Part shown: piece by piece, positions 17,702-26,135 of the stretch | Layout of the letters: every line of letters begins with the position of its first letter | Position numbering within the stretch: position 1 is the first letter of the stretch | Origin: a virus | Lineage: Duplodnaviria; Caudoviricetes | DNA length: 64,000 nucleotides | IMG/VR virus record: IMGVR_UViG_3300019874_000004 | Span: 871 to 64,870 of that record | Reading direction: 5' to 3' (one strand) | The notes under the pieces: model-generated | What the model was told of the DNA's origin: nothing | The model's database searches: none | What the model saw: the letters and a program-made list of their open reading frames with translations, nothing else | Made by a program: the position numbers and the translations under genes

Positions 17702-18787
17702 ATGGTAGATGAAGGCAAGATCCTGGATCAGATCCGGCATATGCTGGCGTTGGCGAACAATCCGGCAGCTAGCGATGCCGAGCGAGAGCTTGCGCTGTCG
17801 ATGGCCAACCGGAAGATGGCCAAGCACGCTATCGACCAGGCGATGCTGGATGCGACCCGAACGTCCACTGAAAAGCGCAAGCCTACCAGCAAGCGCATAC
17901 GGTTGTTCGATGCCGACTTCCAGTGGTCTGGTTACTTCTACGGGGTGATCGGGAAGCTGGGAGAGGTGAACGGCTGCCGGATTGCCTGGCACAGCAGCTA
18001 CAATGAGATCACGCTAGTCGGAATGCAGGAGGACGTCGACTGGGCAGAGATGCTCTGGCTGCAGGTCTTCCTGGACTTCAGCTCCAAGATCAATCCGCGC
18101 TGGGAGCCGGAGCTGCGGCTGGAAGAGAACATCTTCAACTTCAAGCACGCCGGTTACAAGTGGAAAGATATCTGGGAGATCGGCAACCGCAAGCGGGCTG
18201 GCGGGATGCCAGACGGCGGCATCCAGTTCGTCCCCAACAAGTGTGGGTACATGAAGACGATGTACCACAAGCAGTGCAAGCAGCGAGAGGTCAGCCCGGT
18301 CGGCACGCAGACCTTTGAAGCCTACAAGATGACGTTCACCAACTACTTTGTCTTCCGGGTCAATACCCGCCTGGAAGAGATGGCAGAGGTGCGGGCCGAA
18401 GAGGCAGGCGCCACCTCAGGGTCTGAGCTGGCTCTCTTCGACGTCAGTAAGCTGATTGATGAGGAGCTCTGGAACCTCTTCCCAGCTCTGCACCCCGACG
18501 AGCAGGCGCGTCGTGAGGAAGCCGCGAGGAAGCTCGCTAAGGACGCCGAAGAGAGGGACGCTAGCTATCTAGCCTCGCTCTCTCCCGAGGCTCGGAAACG
18601 GGTCCTGACGGCGCGGGCGGACGCCGAACGAGCGAACGCTAAGGCCGACGCGAGGTACTACCGCACCGCCAAGAGGACCTACGACGCAGCTGGAGCGGCT
18701 GCGGGCGATCAGGCCGGAAGTAGCGTCAGCCTGGCACGGTCGGCGCGCTCAGCAGGACAGGCCGAAGCTCGCAAGGAGCTAGCGTGA
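17702..18787 (+). CDS. DUF2786-domain protein
   Basis: N-terminal KILDQIRHMLALANNPAASDAERELALSMANRKMAKHAID. Confidence 0.75.
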   Translation: MVDEGKILDQIRHMLALANNPAASDAERELALSMANRKMAKHAIDQAMLDATRTSTEKRKPTSKRIRLFDADFQWSGYFYGVIGKLGEVNGCRIAWHSSYNEITLVGMQEDVDWAEMLWLQVFLDFSSKINPRWEPELRLEENIFNFKHAGYKWKDIWEIGNRKRAGGMPDGGIQFVPNKCGYMKTMYHKQCKQREVSPVGTQTFEAYKMTFTNYFVFRVNTRLEEMAEVRAEEAGATSGSELALFDVSKLIDEELWNLFPALHPDEQARREEAARKLAKDAEERDASYLASLSPEARKRVLTARADAERANAKADARYYRTAKRTYDAAGAAAGDQAGSSVSLARSARSAGQAEARKELA

Positions 18788-19126
18788 AGTTCCTGGTGAT
18801 CTACAAACCTAGCAATGGCGTCGACTACCGCGAGGTGATCGACTGCGATGCGTTTGCTATGAATCCCAATGGCCGATTCGCATTCCTACAATTCCGTGAT
18901 CTCGCTCCCTACAAGGACTCGAACGGGATTGAATGGACGCCGATCGAAGGCGCGTTGCTATTTGCCATCCCATTCGAAGACGTGCAAAGAATCGAGGGAA
19001 TCTGATGTGGTGGTGGATCGGGGGACTTGGGACCTTAGGATTTTTTGACCTGCTACTCCACGCAGCCCGCGAGCGGTGTCTGCAGGCCGACGACATCCAC
19101 GACTATGAGGATGATGAGCCATACTG

Positions 19127-19630
19127 ATGGACATTCCAGAACTCAACAGCAAAGCAAGGTACGACATACGGTTGCTGAACGTCAACAAGGACGAGACTCT
19201 GACCGATGTAACCTGGACTCAGGGCGTCGACTACCGGCGGCTGCTTGATGCGGTCCTGGAGCTGATTGTGATGAAGGAGAGAAATGCGGAAGCGTTCGCA
19301 GGCGACATCATTATCAGCGCGGCTGGGTCACGCGATCCAATGCCTAGATATCGAAGACTGCAAGAGAGTAGCTCTGACAGTAGCAGTCCTGTCCTCCGCA
19401 GTGTACCAAGCATTGGAGAAGATGCAACCGAGCAGCGTCCCGGTCACGATCACTACTGGGGCCAAAAGCAGACCATCGAGGCAGAGAGGCTCAGGAGGAC
19501 GCAGGCCGAACTAGAGAATGTGAACTGGCAGTGCGATAACTGCTCGCACATCGCCGGTCGCCACAGTAATGTAGCTCCGTTCAGATGTATAGTTGACGGG
19601 TGCGATTGTTTCACCTGGTCAGGAGAATAG
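19127..19630 (+). CDS. Hypothetical protein with C-terminal Zn finger
   Basis: CDNCSH..H..C..CDC. Confidence 0.55.
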   Translation: MDIPELNSKARYDIRLLNVNKDETLTDVTWTQGVDYRRLLDAVLELIVMKERNAEAFAGDIIISAAGSRDPMPRYRRLQESSSDSSSPVLRSVPSIGEDATEQRPGHDHYWGQKQTIEAERLRRTQAELENVNWQCDNCSHIAGRHSNVAPFRCIVDGCDCFTWSGE

Positions 19631-21577
19631 ATGGACGCCCATGTAGAGTTAGACCCAGAGCTAAACCGGATCTTCCTGCGGGTTGAATACTACGTGGGGG
19701 TCTCGCAAGACTGTAAGGCTATCCCTGGATACAAGTGGCACCCTGATATAGAGGGAAAGCCCTGGAGCTACCCGGCAAGAATGCAAACTTGCCATGCACT
19801 GCGGAAGGTGTTCGGAAAGAAAATGACCATCGGCCCATTCCTTACAGAGTGGGCCAGGAAGAATGCGCGAGCCTATGCTAGGCAGAGATCCCTCGCAAGC
19901 AAACCGGACTCAGACCTGGCGAAAGTCAAAGCGATGTTCCCTGCGTTCTGGGATGCGATGTCAAGTCGACCATACCAACGGTCTGGCGCGGAGTTCTTGG
20001 CGACCACTGGCCACACCGCAGACTTCTCAGAGCCGGGGCTAGGCAAGACGGCGACTAGTCTCGCAGCGCTCATTCAGGCAGGGGTATTCGCAGGAGGGAG
20101 GCACCTGGTTATCGTCTCTAACAAGACCGCTATACGGTCGACCTGGAGACACGAGATTGAGAAGTGGACTCCAGGGGCGCACGTCTACCCGATGCCAGAC
20201 GGCTGGCAGAAGCGGGAGCAGGAGCTAGACAAATTCTGGGCCGACAATAGCAGCGCTGCGAAGTTCGTAGTCTGCCTTCCGCACATGCTCCAGATTAAGC
20301 AAGAGCGCTGGTGCAAGAAGTGCAAGCAGTGGGCGAACGATCCCAAGCAACTATCTGCAGAGCACTACGGGGAGTCCCACAAGGTCACGACTGAGGACTA
20401 CAGGATTGACTGGCAAGAGCTGTTCTCGATCGAGTGGGACTCCATCATCGCAGATGAGGCGCACGACTACCTCCTCAAGCTCCGCCCGGGACAATCTAAG
20501 AACCAGCCCCAATGGGCAATAGGCATGCGTCGGCTCCAGGTTAAGCAGGGCGGCGTGAAGCTGCCTATGACCGGGACGCCGATGCGCGGAAAGGAGCAGA
20601 ATCTATTCGGCATCCTGTACTGGATCGATCCCATACGGTTCTCTTCATTCTGGGCCTGGGCCGGGGCATACTTCGATGTTGTCAATAATGAATACAACCA
20701 GACAGTCGGGAAGCTGCGGCCGGAAATGGAGGAGGCATTCTATGATGTGATCGACTCCCTCTGCCTCCGCAGAACCCTGCGCGAGGTACGCAAGGACCTT
20801 CCACCGCAGCTCCCACAGGAGCACTGGGTTCCATTAGACGGCGAGCACAGGAGGCAGTATGAGGAATTTGAGGCAGAGGGGGTCGTGGCCCTGGAGTCCG
20901 GCGTGCTGGAAGGGCTAGGAACCTTGTCGGAGTTGACAAGGCTCCGACAATTAGCATTCGGCCCCTGGGACGTAGAGATAGATCAGGACGACGACAAGCA
21001 GACCATCAAGATGGTTGAACAGGTCGAGAAGTCTCCCAAGGTTCAGCTCATGATGGATATGCTGCGGGAGCGCGGCATCCCGGGTGACGTATTCACACAG
21101 CAGCGTGACGCAAAGGACGCTCGCAAGTTCATCATTGCCTCCCAGTACACGCAGATCATCGGCGGGCTGGAGCGGATGTTCAGCAACATGGGAATCGCGA
21201 CGCTTTCAATTACCGGCAAAGTTACCGGTAGCAAACGCTCCGCCGCAGTCACCTCATTCCAGAAGCCGGGTGGACCGCGAATTCTTCTCATCAATACCAA
21301 AGCAGGAGGAGCCTCGCTCACCCTCGATGCTTATTGTGATGAGATGTTCATCCTGGATGAGACCTGGATTCACGATGACCAGGTCCAGCTAATGGGTCGC
21401 ATCAATAATCGGGGGCAGCGAATCGCAACCCGGATTTACCACTTCTTCAGGACAGAGGAGACGATCGATGAAGGAATAGCAATGGGCAATGATGATCAGA
21501 ATCAGATGCAGTCTATGATCCTCGACAGTCGTCGTGGAAATCAGGTAGCCTTGAGACTACTGAAGCGGAGAGAGTAA
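19631..21577 (+). CDS. SNF2/SF2-family helicase
   Basis: EPGLGKT Walker A, IADEAH, MTGTP, QLMGRINNR; CKKC Zn insertion. Confidence 0.92.
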   Translation: MDAHVELDPELNRIFLRVEYYVGVSQDCKAIPGYKWHPDIEGKPWSYPARMQTCHALRKVFGKKMTIGPFLTEWARKNARAYARQRSLASKPDSDLAKVKAMFPAFWDAMSSRPYQRSGAEFLATTGHTADFSEPGLGKTATSLAALIQAGVFAGGRHLVIVSNKTAIRSTWRHEIEKWTPGAHVYPMPDGWQKREQELDKFWADNSSAAKFVVCLPHMLQIKQERWCKKCKQWANDPKQLSAEHYGESHKVTTEDYRIDWQELFSIEWDSIIADEAHDYLLKLRPGQSKNQPQWAIGMRRLQVKQGGVKLPMTGTPMRGKEQNLFGILYWIDPIRFSSFWAWAGAYFDVVNNEYNQTVGKLRPEMEEAFYDVIDSLCLRRTLREVRKDLPPQLPQEHWVPLDGEHRRQYEEFEAEGVVALESGVLEGLGTLSELTRLRQLAFGPWDVEIDQDDDKQTIKMVEQVEKSPKVQLMMDMLRERGIPGDVFTQQRDAKDARKFIIASQYTQIIGGLERMFSNMGIATLSITGKVTGSKRSAAVTSFQKPGGPRILLINTKAGGASLTLDAYCDEMFILDETWIHDDQVQLMGRINNRGQRIATRIYHFFRTEETIDEGIAMGNDDQNQMQSMILDSRRGNQVALRLLKRRE

Positions 21578-21838
21578 ATGATCGGTCTAATCTGGGTCAT
21601 GTGTGTTGTGACTGCATATACCGTTGCTACAGTTTCAGCAGGGTATCTATGGGGCCGTGCGCACCAGATCAATCATGACAGGCACGTGCAAGACATGATG
21701 AATGATGCTGCGGACAACGCCCGGATGGCGCAGCGGCATCGCATACGGACGGCCGAGGCTGACCTGAATTCCAACGCCCAGGTACGTACGGCTAGACTGC
21801 GGGCCTACAGATACAAGACCCCTCCGCCACGTAAGTAA
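21578..21838 (+). CDS. Single-TM hypothetical protein
   Basis: Hydrophobic N-terminus. Confidence 0.5.
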   Translation: MIGLIWVMCVVTAYTVATVSAGYLWGRAHQINHDRHVQDMMNDAADNARMAQRHRIRTAEADLNSNAQVRTARLRAYRYKTPPPRK

Positions 21839-21883
21839 ATCCGCTAGGGTAGAGCTAGTCAACCGACACAAGGAGAAACCGAA

Positions 21884-22363
21884 ATGGCACGTGCAACCAA
21901 GGCCGTCGCAAAGCCTGTCGAGCCTGAAGAGGACGACTACGAACTTGGCCACTACATGGACAAGGAGCCGTCCAAAGTCCACGAGAACTTTGCGGAGTAC
22001 GTCGGCGAGATGGTCGGCTATGATGCCGACATCAAGACCATCCAGCTCGTGATCGCCCTGTACCAGAAGTTCCAGAAGACGCCGGAACAGCAGGCATTCA
22101 ACAAGGCCAAGAAGGAAGCCAGCGCCGAAGCTGCGGAAGCTCGCGAGGCCAAGCGCGCCAAGGCTGAGAAGGCCGAAGTCTCTACCCCCAAGGCCCGGAC
22201 CTCCAGTCGTACCAAGGCTGCTTCGGCGGCCGAAGAGGTTGAGGAAGAGGAAGCTCCTGCACGCCCTGCTCGTGGACGCCGTGGTGCTGCTCCTGCCGCC
22301 CCTGTGAAGCGGGCCACGTCGCGCCGTCGTCCGGTTCCTGCCGTAGACGACATCGACGAGTAG
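21884..22363 (+). CDS. Basic nucleoid-like protein, paralog of 12684-13166
   Basis: KEPSKVHENF..VGYDADIKTIQLVIALYQKFQKTPEQ core; A/K/R/E-rich tail. Confidence 0.75.
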   Translation: MARATKAVAKPVEPEEDDYELGHYMDKEPSKVHENFAEYVGEMVGYDADIKTIQLVIALYQKFQKTPEQQAFNKAKKEASAEAAEAREAKRAKAEKAEVSTPKARTSSRTKAASAAEEVEEEEAPARPARGRRGAAPAAPVKRATSRRRPVPAVDDIDE

Positions 22364-22677
22364 CGTGCAGGTCGGTGTTCCTGTGGTCCTTCTAGCTGCA
22401 GGAACTCACGGTGGGTCCGTTAAGCCCACCCCACATACGGCCCCCAATCTCTCGGGTTGGGGGCTGCGGTGTCGGTAGTGGCCTCCCAGACCACTATACC
22501 ACTGACGCGATAAGGTGGGAGACTGAGAAGGCTCTGATCCTTGCGCACCTGACCAGCCATGGCCCATGAGCAGATCCTTGCACAAGAGATACCTCGCATA
22601 GTCCGCCAAGGAGACGGGGAAAAGGTGGTGCAATTCCACCCGGGGCCACGAACACCATCTACATACGGAGGGCAACC
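22364..22677 (+). ncRNA. Candidate structured non-coding RNA
   Basis: At least five hairpins (several with G-U pairs), a possible pseudoknot and a GGTGG-TGCAATT-CCACC T-arm-like element; no convincing ORF with RBS. Confidence 0.5.
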
Positions 22678-22960
22678 GTGGGAATGACATTGCGACAACT
22701 GATAGACAGCCTCATTGATCTGGAGGAGGCAGCCAAGACAATAGGCGACCCGCCGGTCAGGGTTGCATCTCTCGGATATGCAGAATGGCGAGAGGAAGAC
22801 CGTCTTGTTGATCTGGAAACTGTGAGCCTGCGGTTTAACAATGGAGACATAATCTTGGGAGTTGATAAGTGATGATGTGGATTGAAGGAATCGCTCTCGC
22901 ACTATGCATCCCTGGGATCTTCTTCATCCTTGGGCTCTGGGCTAACGGCTGGTTTGACGA

Positions 22961-24055
22961 ATGATCGAACTCAGGACATCCGAGAGGGCGACGTTTAAGC
23001 GCTGCCCGCAGAGATGGGAGTGGGGAGTCAAAGAGGGACTGCGACCGCACCGGGAGGCTACACCGCTCTGGTTCGGGACCGCAGTCCACATTGCGTTAAG
23101 CGAGTGGTACCTGCCCGGGTTAGCTCGCGGCCCACATCCAGCGCTGACGTTCTTGAAGGTGCTAGAGGGCGACCGGTCAATTCGCATTCCCTCGGATAAT
23201 GAGGAATGGGAAGCCGAGTACATGAAGGCCAAAGACCTTGGGCAGGAGATGCTCACGAACTATGTCGACCACTGGGGGAAGGATAACAACAAGTACTATA
23301 TCTGCACAGAGCGGACTGGCTCTATCTTCCTACCAGAGATCGGTAAGACCAAGGGTAGGCACACAAAGTATTTCTTCACCTTCGACGGCGTGTATCGGGA
23401 CGAGACCACGGGCGAGTATTGGCTAGACGAGCACAAGACAGCAGCCAGCATTGACCCGGGCTCTCTGCCTCTTAACCAGCAGGCTAGCTCCTACTGGGCC
23501 GTCGCAGAGGGCATCCTGAAGCGAACTGGTATGATGCCTAAGGACAAGCACATCCAGGGCATCATGTTTAACTTTCTACGAAAGGCCCCCAAGGATCGGC
23601 GACCCAAGAACGAAGATGGACTAGCCACTAACAAGCCGACTAAGGCTCACTTCCACGCAGCCTTTGAAGCAGCCGGGCTCCCCACGCAGCTATATCTGCG
23701 GGCGAAGATGGTCCGGCTATATGAAATTGCGCACGTTGAGCACATCAAGGTTCTGGGCGAGCCATCTAGTGTGCAGACCTCAGAGTTGTTCGAGCGACAC
23801 CCGGTCTTCCGGACGCCAGGGGAGCGCCGACAGCAACTGATTCAGGTCCGCAAGGACGCCTGGCATATCGAGCACGCCAGGAATGATCCGAACTATCCCA
23901 TTGTTAAGAATCCCACCAAGGATTGCAAGTGGGACTGCGACTTCTACAGGATGTGTCAGCTTCATGAACAGGGAGATATGGAGTCTGTGGAGGAGTTTAA
24001 ATCAGCAATGTATACAATCAGAGATCCCTATGAAGCATACAGGAAGAGTGCATAA
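22961..24055 (+). CDS. PD-(D/E)XK RecB/Cas4-like exonuclease
   Basis: LRTSERATFKRCPQRW; FGTAVH; FDGVYRD..WLDEHKT; C-terminal CKWDCDFYRMC. Confidence 0.88.
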   Translation: MIELRTSERATFKRCPQRWEWGVKEGLRPHREATPLWFGTAVHIALSEWYLPGLARGPHPALTFLKVLEGDRSIRIPSDNEEWEAEYMKAKDLGQEMLTNYVDHWGKDNNKYYICTERTGSIFLPEIGKTKGRHTKYFFTFDGVYRDETTGEYWLDEHKTAASIDPGSLPLNQQASSYWAVAEGILKRTGMMPKDKHIQGIMFNFLRKAPKDRRPKNEDGLATNKPTKAHFHAAFEAAGLPTQLYLRAKMVRLYEIAHVEHIKVLGEPSSVQTSELFERHPVFRTPGERRQQLIQVRKDAWHIEHARNDPNYPIVKNPTKDCKWDCDFYRMCQLHEQGDMESVEEFKSAMYTIRDPYEAYRKSA

Positions 24056-24220
24056 TGAGTTCTGTCCACGATCGGAACCGGGAGGGGTTAGAGTCGACCC
24101 TTAAGCGAGTAGCGAGGATGTACGCTACTGGAGAAATCGGCAAGGACAAGTTTGATCGGTTCGCTAAGACAATTGAGTCCGCATTCAAGCAGATTGATAC
24201 GATGGAAGAGGAGACTACAA

Positions 24221-25012
24221 ATGTCGAAGCCTGAGTACATCCAGCCCTTGGCACGCAACGCTAAGGTTAGGATGGCCTTGGTCACTGGTTCGGGATTCGG
24301 CAAGACTGTATTTGGAGGGACTGCGCCGAAGGCCCTCTTCCTTACCACCGACCCAGAGGGCACGATCTCCGCAGCCGAGTTCGGCTCCACCGCAGAAGAG
24401 TGGAAGATCGAGTCCTGGCAGGATGATGGCGGCCTATCTGATGCATACGAGTACATGCTGAAGGAAGGATGCAAGGAATACCAGTGGCTGATTCACGACA
24501 ACGCCACTGAGGAACAGAACCTGGGAATGTCTATGGCCATGCAGCAGGCACTGTCAAAGCCGACCGGCGCTGGCCGCAGTCCTTTCGTTCCAGACAAGCG
24601 AGAGTATCAGATCTCGCAGAACTCTTTCATCCAGATGCAGAAGCAATTCATCACCCTCCCTATTCACCAGATCTGGACAGTACACCGGAAATGGTTTGAC
24701 CCGGAGAATGGTGACGATGGCTTCTGGTCCGCAAACATCCAGGGACAGCAAGGCGCGGTTGCTGAGCAGTTCCTGGGGTACATGAATATCATCGGCCATG
24801 GAGAGGTGACAGAGAACAAACTGAAGAAGACAGTTCGCCGGTTGTACTTTGACCACTACAAGAGCTACCGGGGCAAGGATCGGTTCAATGCATTGGGCCG
24901 GTTCAAGGATGACTTCACAGTCCCGAAGATGATGCGATTGATCAAGGCGCATCAAGAGGGTGCACCCGTCAAGAAGACAGCAGTGCGACGTCGCGTCGCA
25001 CGTACCGCCTAA
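24221..25012 (+). CDS. AAA ATPase (AAA_24/Sak4-like annealing protein)
   Basis: TGSGFGKT Walker A; LIHDNATE; HQIWTVH; KDRF; follows the exonuclease. Confidence 0.8.
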   Translation: MSKPEYIQPLARNAKVRMALVTGSGFGKTVFGGTAPKALFLTTDPEGTISAAEFGSTAEEWKIESWQDDGGLSDAYEYMLKEGCKEYQWLIHDNATEEQNLGMSMAMQQALSKPTGAGRSPFVPDKREYQISQNSFIQMQKQFITLPIHQIWTVHRKWFDPENGDDGFWSANIQGQQGAVAEQFLGYMNIIGHGEVTENKLKKTVRRLYFDHYKSYRGKDRFNALGRFKDDFTVPKMMRLIKAHQEGAPVKKTAVRRRVARTA

Positions 25013-25026
25013 GAGAGGGCACTGAA

Positions 25027-25956
25027 ATGCCAAGTGTTATCAAGCGTAAGACTTCGCACGTAGCTGAGTCCGCATTCAAGATCTACGCAGGGGATGAGCC
25101 GCGCCCGGGTGGCTACCGGGGCATCCTCAAGCAGCTGAACATGGTCAAGTCCAAGGGCGACAACCTGATGTTTACTGCGGTCGTGGAGTTCGAGGCCAAG
25201 GACGGCTCGGACAAGAAGCAGTTCGATGGCTATGCCACCTTCCCGCAGATCCCGCTGACCGACAACGAGAGCAACATTCAGCGCGAGCAGGCGTTGTACG
25301 TTGCAGTCTGCGGCAAGATGGACGCCGACATCAAGGTCGATGGGACTCCAGAGAAGTTCAAGGCTGGTGACGGCCAGAAGGCCAAGGTCGTTTCGATCAA
25401 CGGCGTGAAGCCAGAGGGCAAGGTCGTCAACGTTCGGATGCGTTACGAGATCGACAACCGCGAGGGCATGAACGGCGCCCAGCAGTTGCGTTGCGATCTC
25501 ATCTTCGCAGCCCGGGGCGAGTCTCCGGTTGTTGACGAAGAGGACGACATCGAGGACGACGAGGAAACAGACGAGGAGGGTCTGCCGCTGTACGAGGAAG
25601 ATGACCTCAAGACCAAGAACCTGGTCGCCCTGCGGAAGATCCTGGTCGACGAATTGGATCAGGACGCCGCAGAGATCAAGGCCGAGAAGTCCAAGGCCGC
25701 TCTGATCGAACTCATCCTCGAGCTGCAGGAAGATGAAGAGGAGGACGAAGATGAAGAAGACGAAGAAGAGACAGATGAGGAAGAGGACGAAGACAAAGAA
25801 GCCGAAATCCGTGAAGAAGTCGACGGGATGGATCGCAACGTACTGAAGGCTGCTATCAAGAAGCGCGATTCTGCTTTCAGGGTCCTGAAGTCCACTACCG
25901 ATGAAGCCCTGCGTGAGGCGCTGGTTGCACTCATGCTCCAAGACCCGCCATTCTGA
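25027..25956 (+). CDS. SSB-like protein with acidic tract and HeH/Rho-N-like repeats
   Basis: N-terminal beta-rich domain, long D/E tract, two short helical motifs (LVALRKIL..KAALIELIL; MDRNVLKAAIK..DEALREAL); position in the recombination module. Confidence 0.6.
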   Translation: MPSVIKRKTSHVAESAFKIYAGDEPRPGGYRGILKQLNMVKSKGDNLMFTAVVEFEAKDGSDKKQFDGYATFPQIPLTDNESNIQREQALYVAVCGKMDADIKVDGTPEKFKAGDGQKAKVVSINGVKPEGKVVNVRMRYEIDNREGMNGAQQLRCDLIFAARGESPVVDEEDDIEDDEETDEEGLPLYEEDDLKTKNLVALRKILVDELDQDAAEIKAEKSKAALIELILELQEDEEEDEDEEDEEETDEEEDEDKEAEIREEVDGMDRNVLKAAIKKRDSAFRVLKSTTDEALREALVALMLQDPPF

Positions 25957-26084
25957 GTCTCTGAGGCTGCGGCTACTACAGCACTGATAGTGGGATGTCC
26001 GTAGCTAGGAGCTTGCAGGTGGCTAGGCGGTGACAGGCCCATGGCTAAGAAGTGCAGAGTCTTCTAGATCCAGAGGCAGTCTCG

Positions 26085-26107
26085 GGTGCGGTCCGTTAAG
26101 CCGCACC
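26085..26107 (+). promoter_or_regulatory. Hairpin with TCCGTTAAG loop (second copy; first at 22410-22430)
   Basis: GGTGCGG-TCCGTTAAG-CCGCACC versus GGTGGG-TCCGTTAAG-CCCACC. Confidence 0.6.
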
Positions 26108-26135
26108 ACTTAACAACAAAATTAAGGAGGGCCTT

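Noticed and set aside
22439-22651. tmRNA
   Set aside because: No G3-U70 alanine identity pair, no clear tag ORF, weak acceptor stem and too short.
22961-24055. Cas4-like nuclease as evidence for CRISPR-Cas
   Set aside because: It sits in a standard nuclease-ATPase-SSB recombination module; no cas1/cas2 or array is present.
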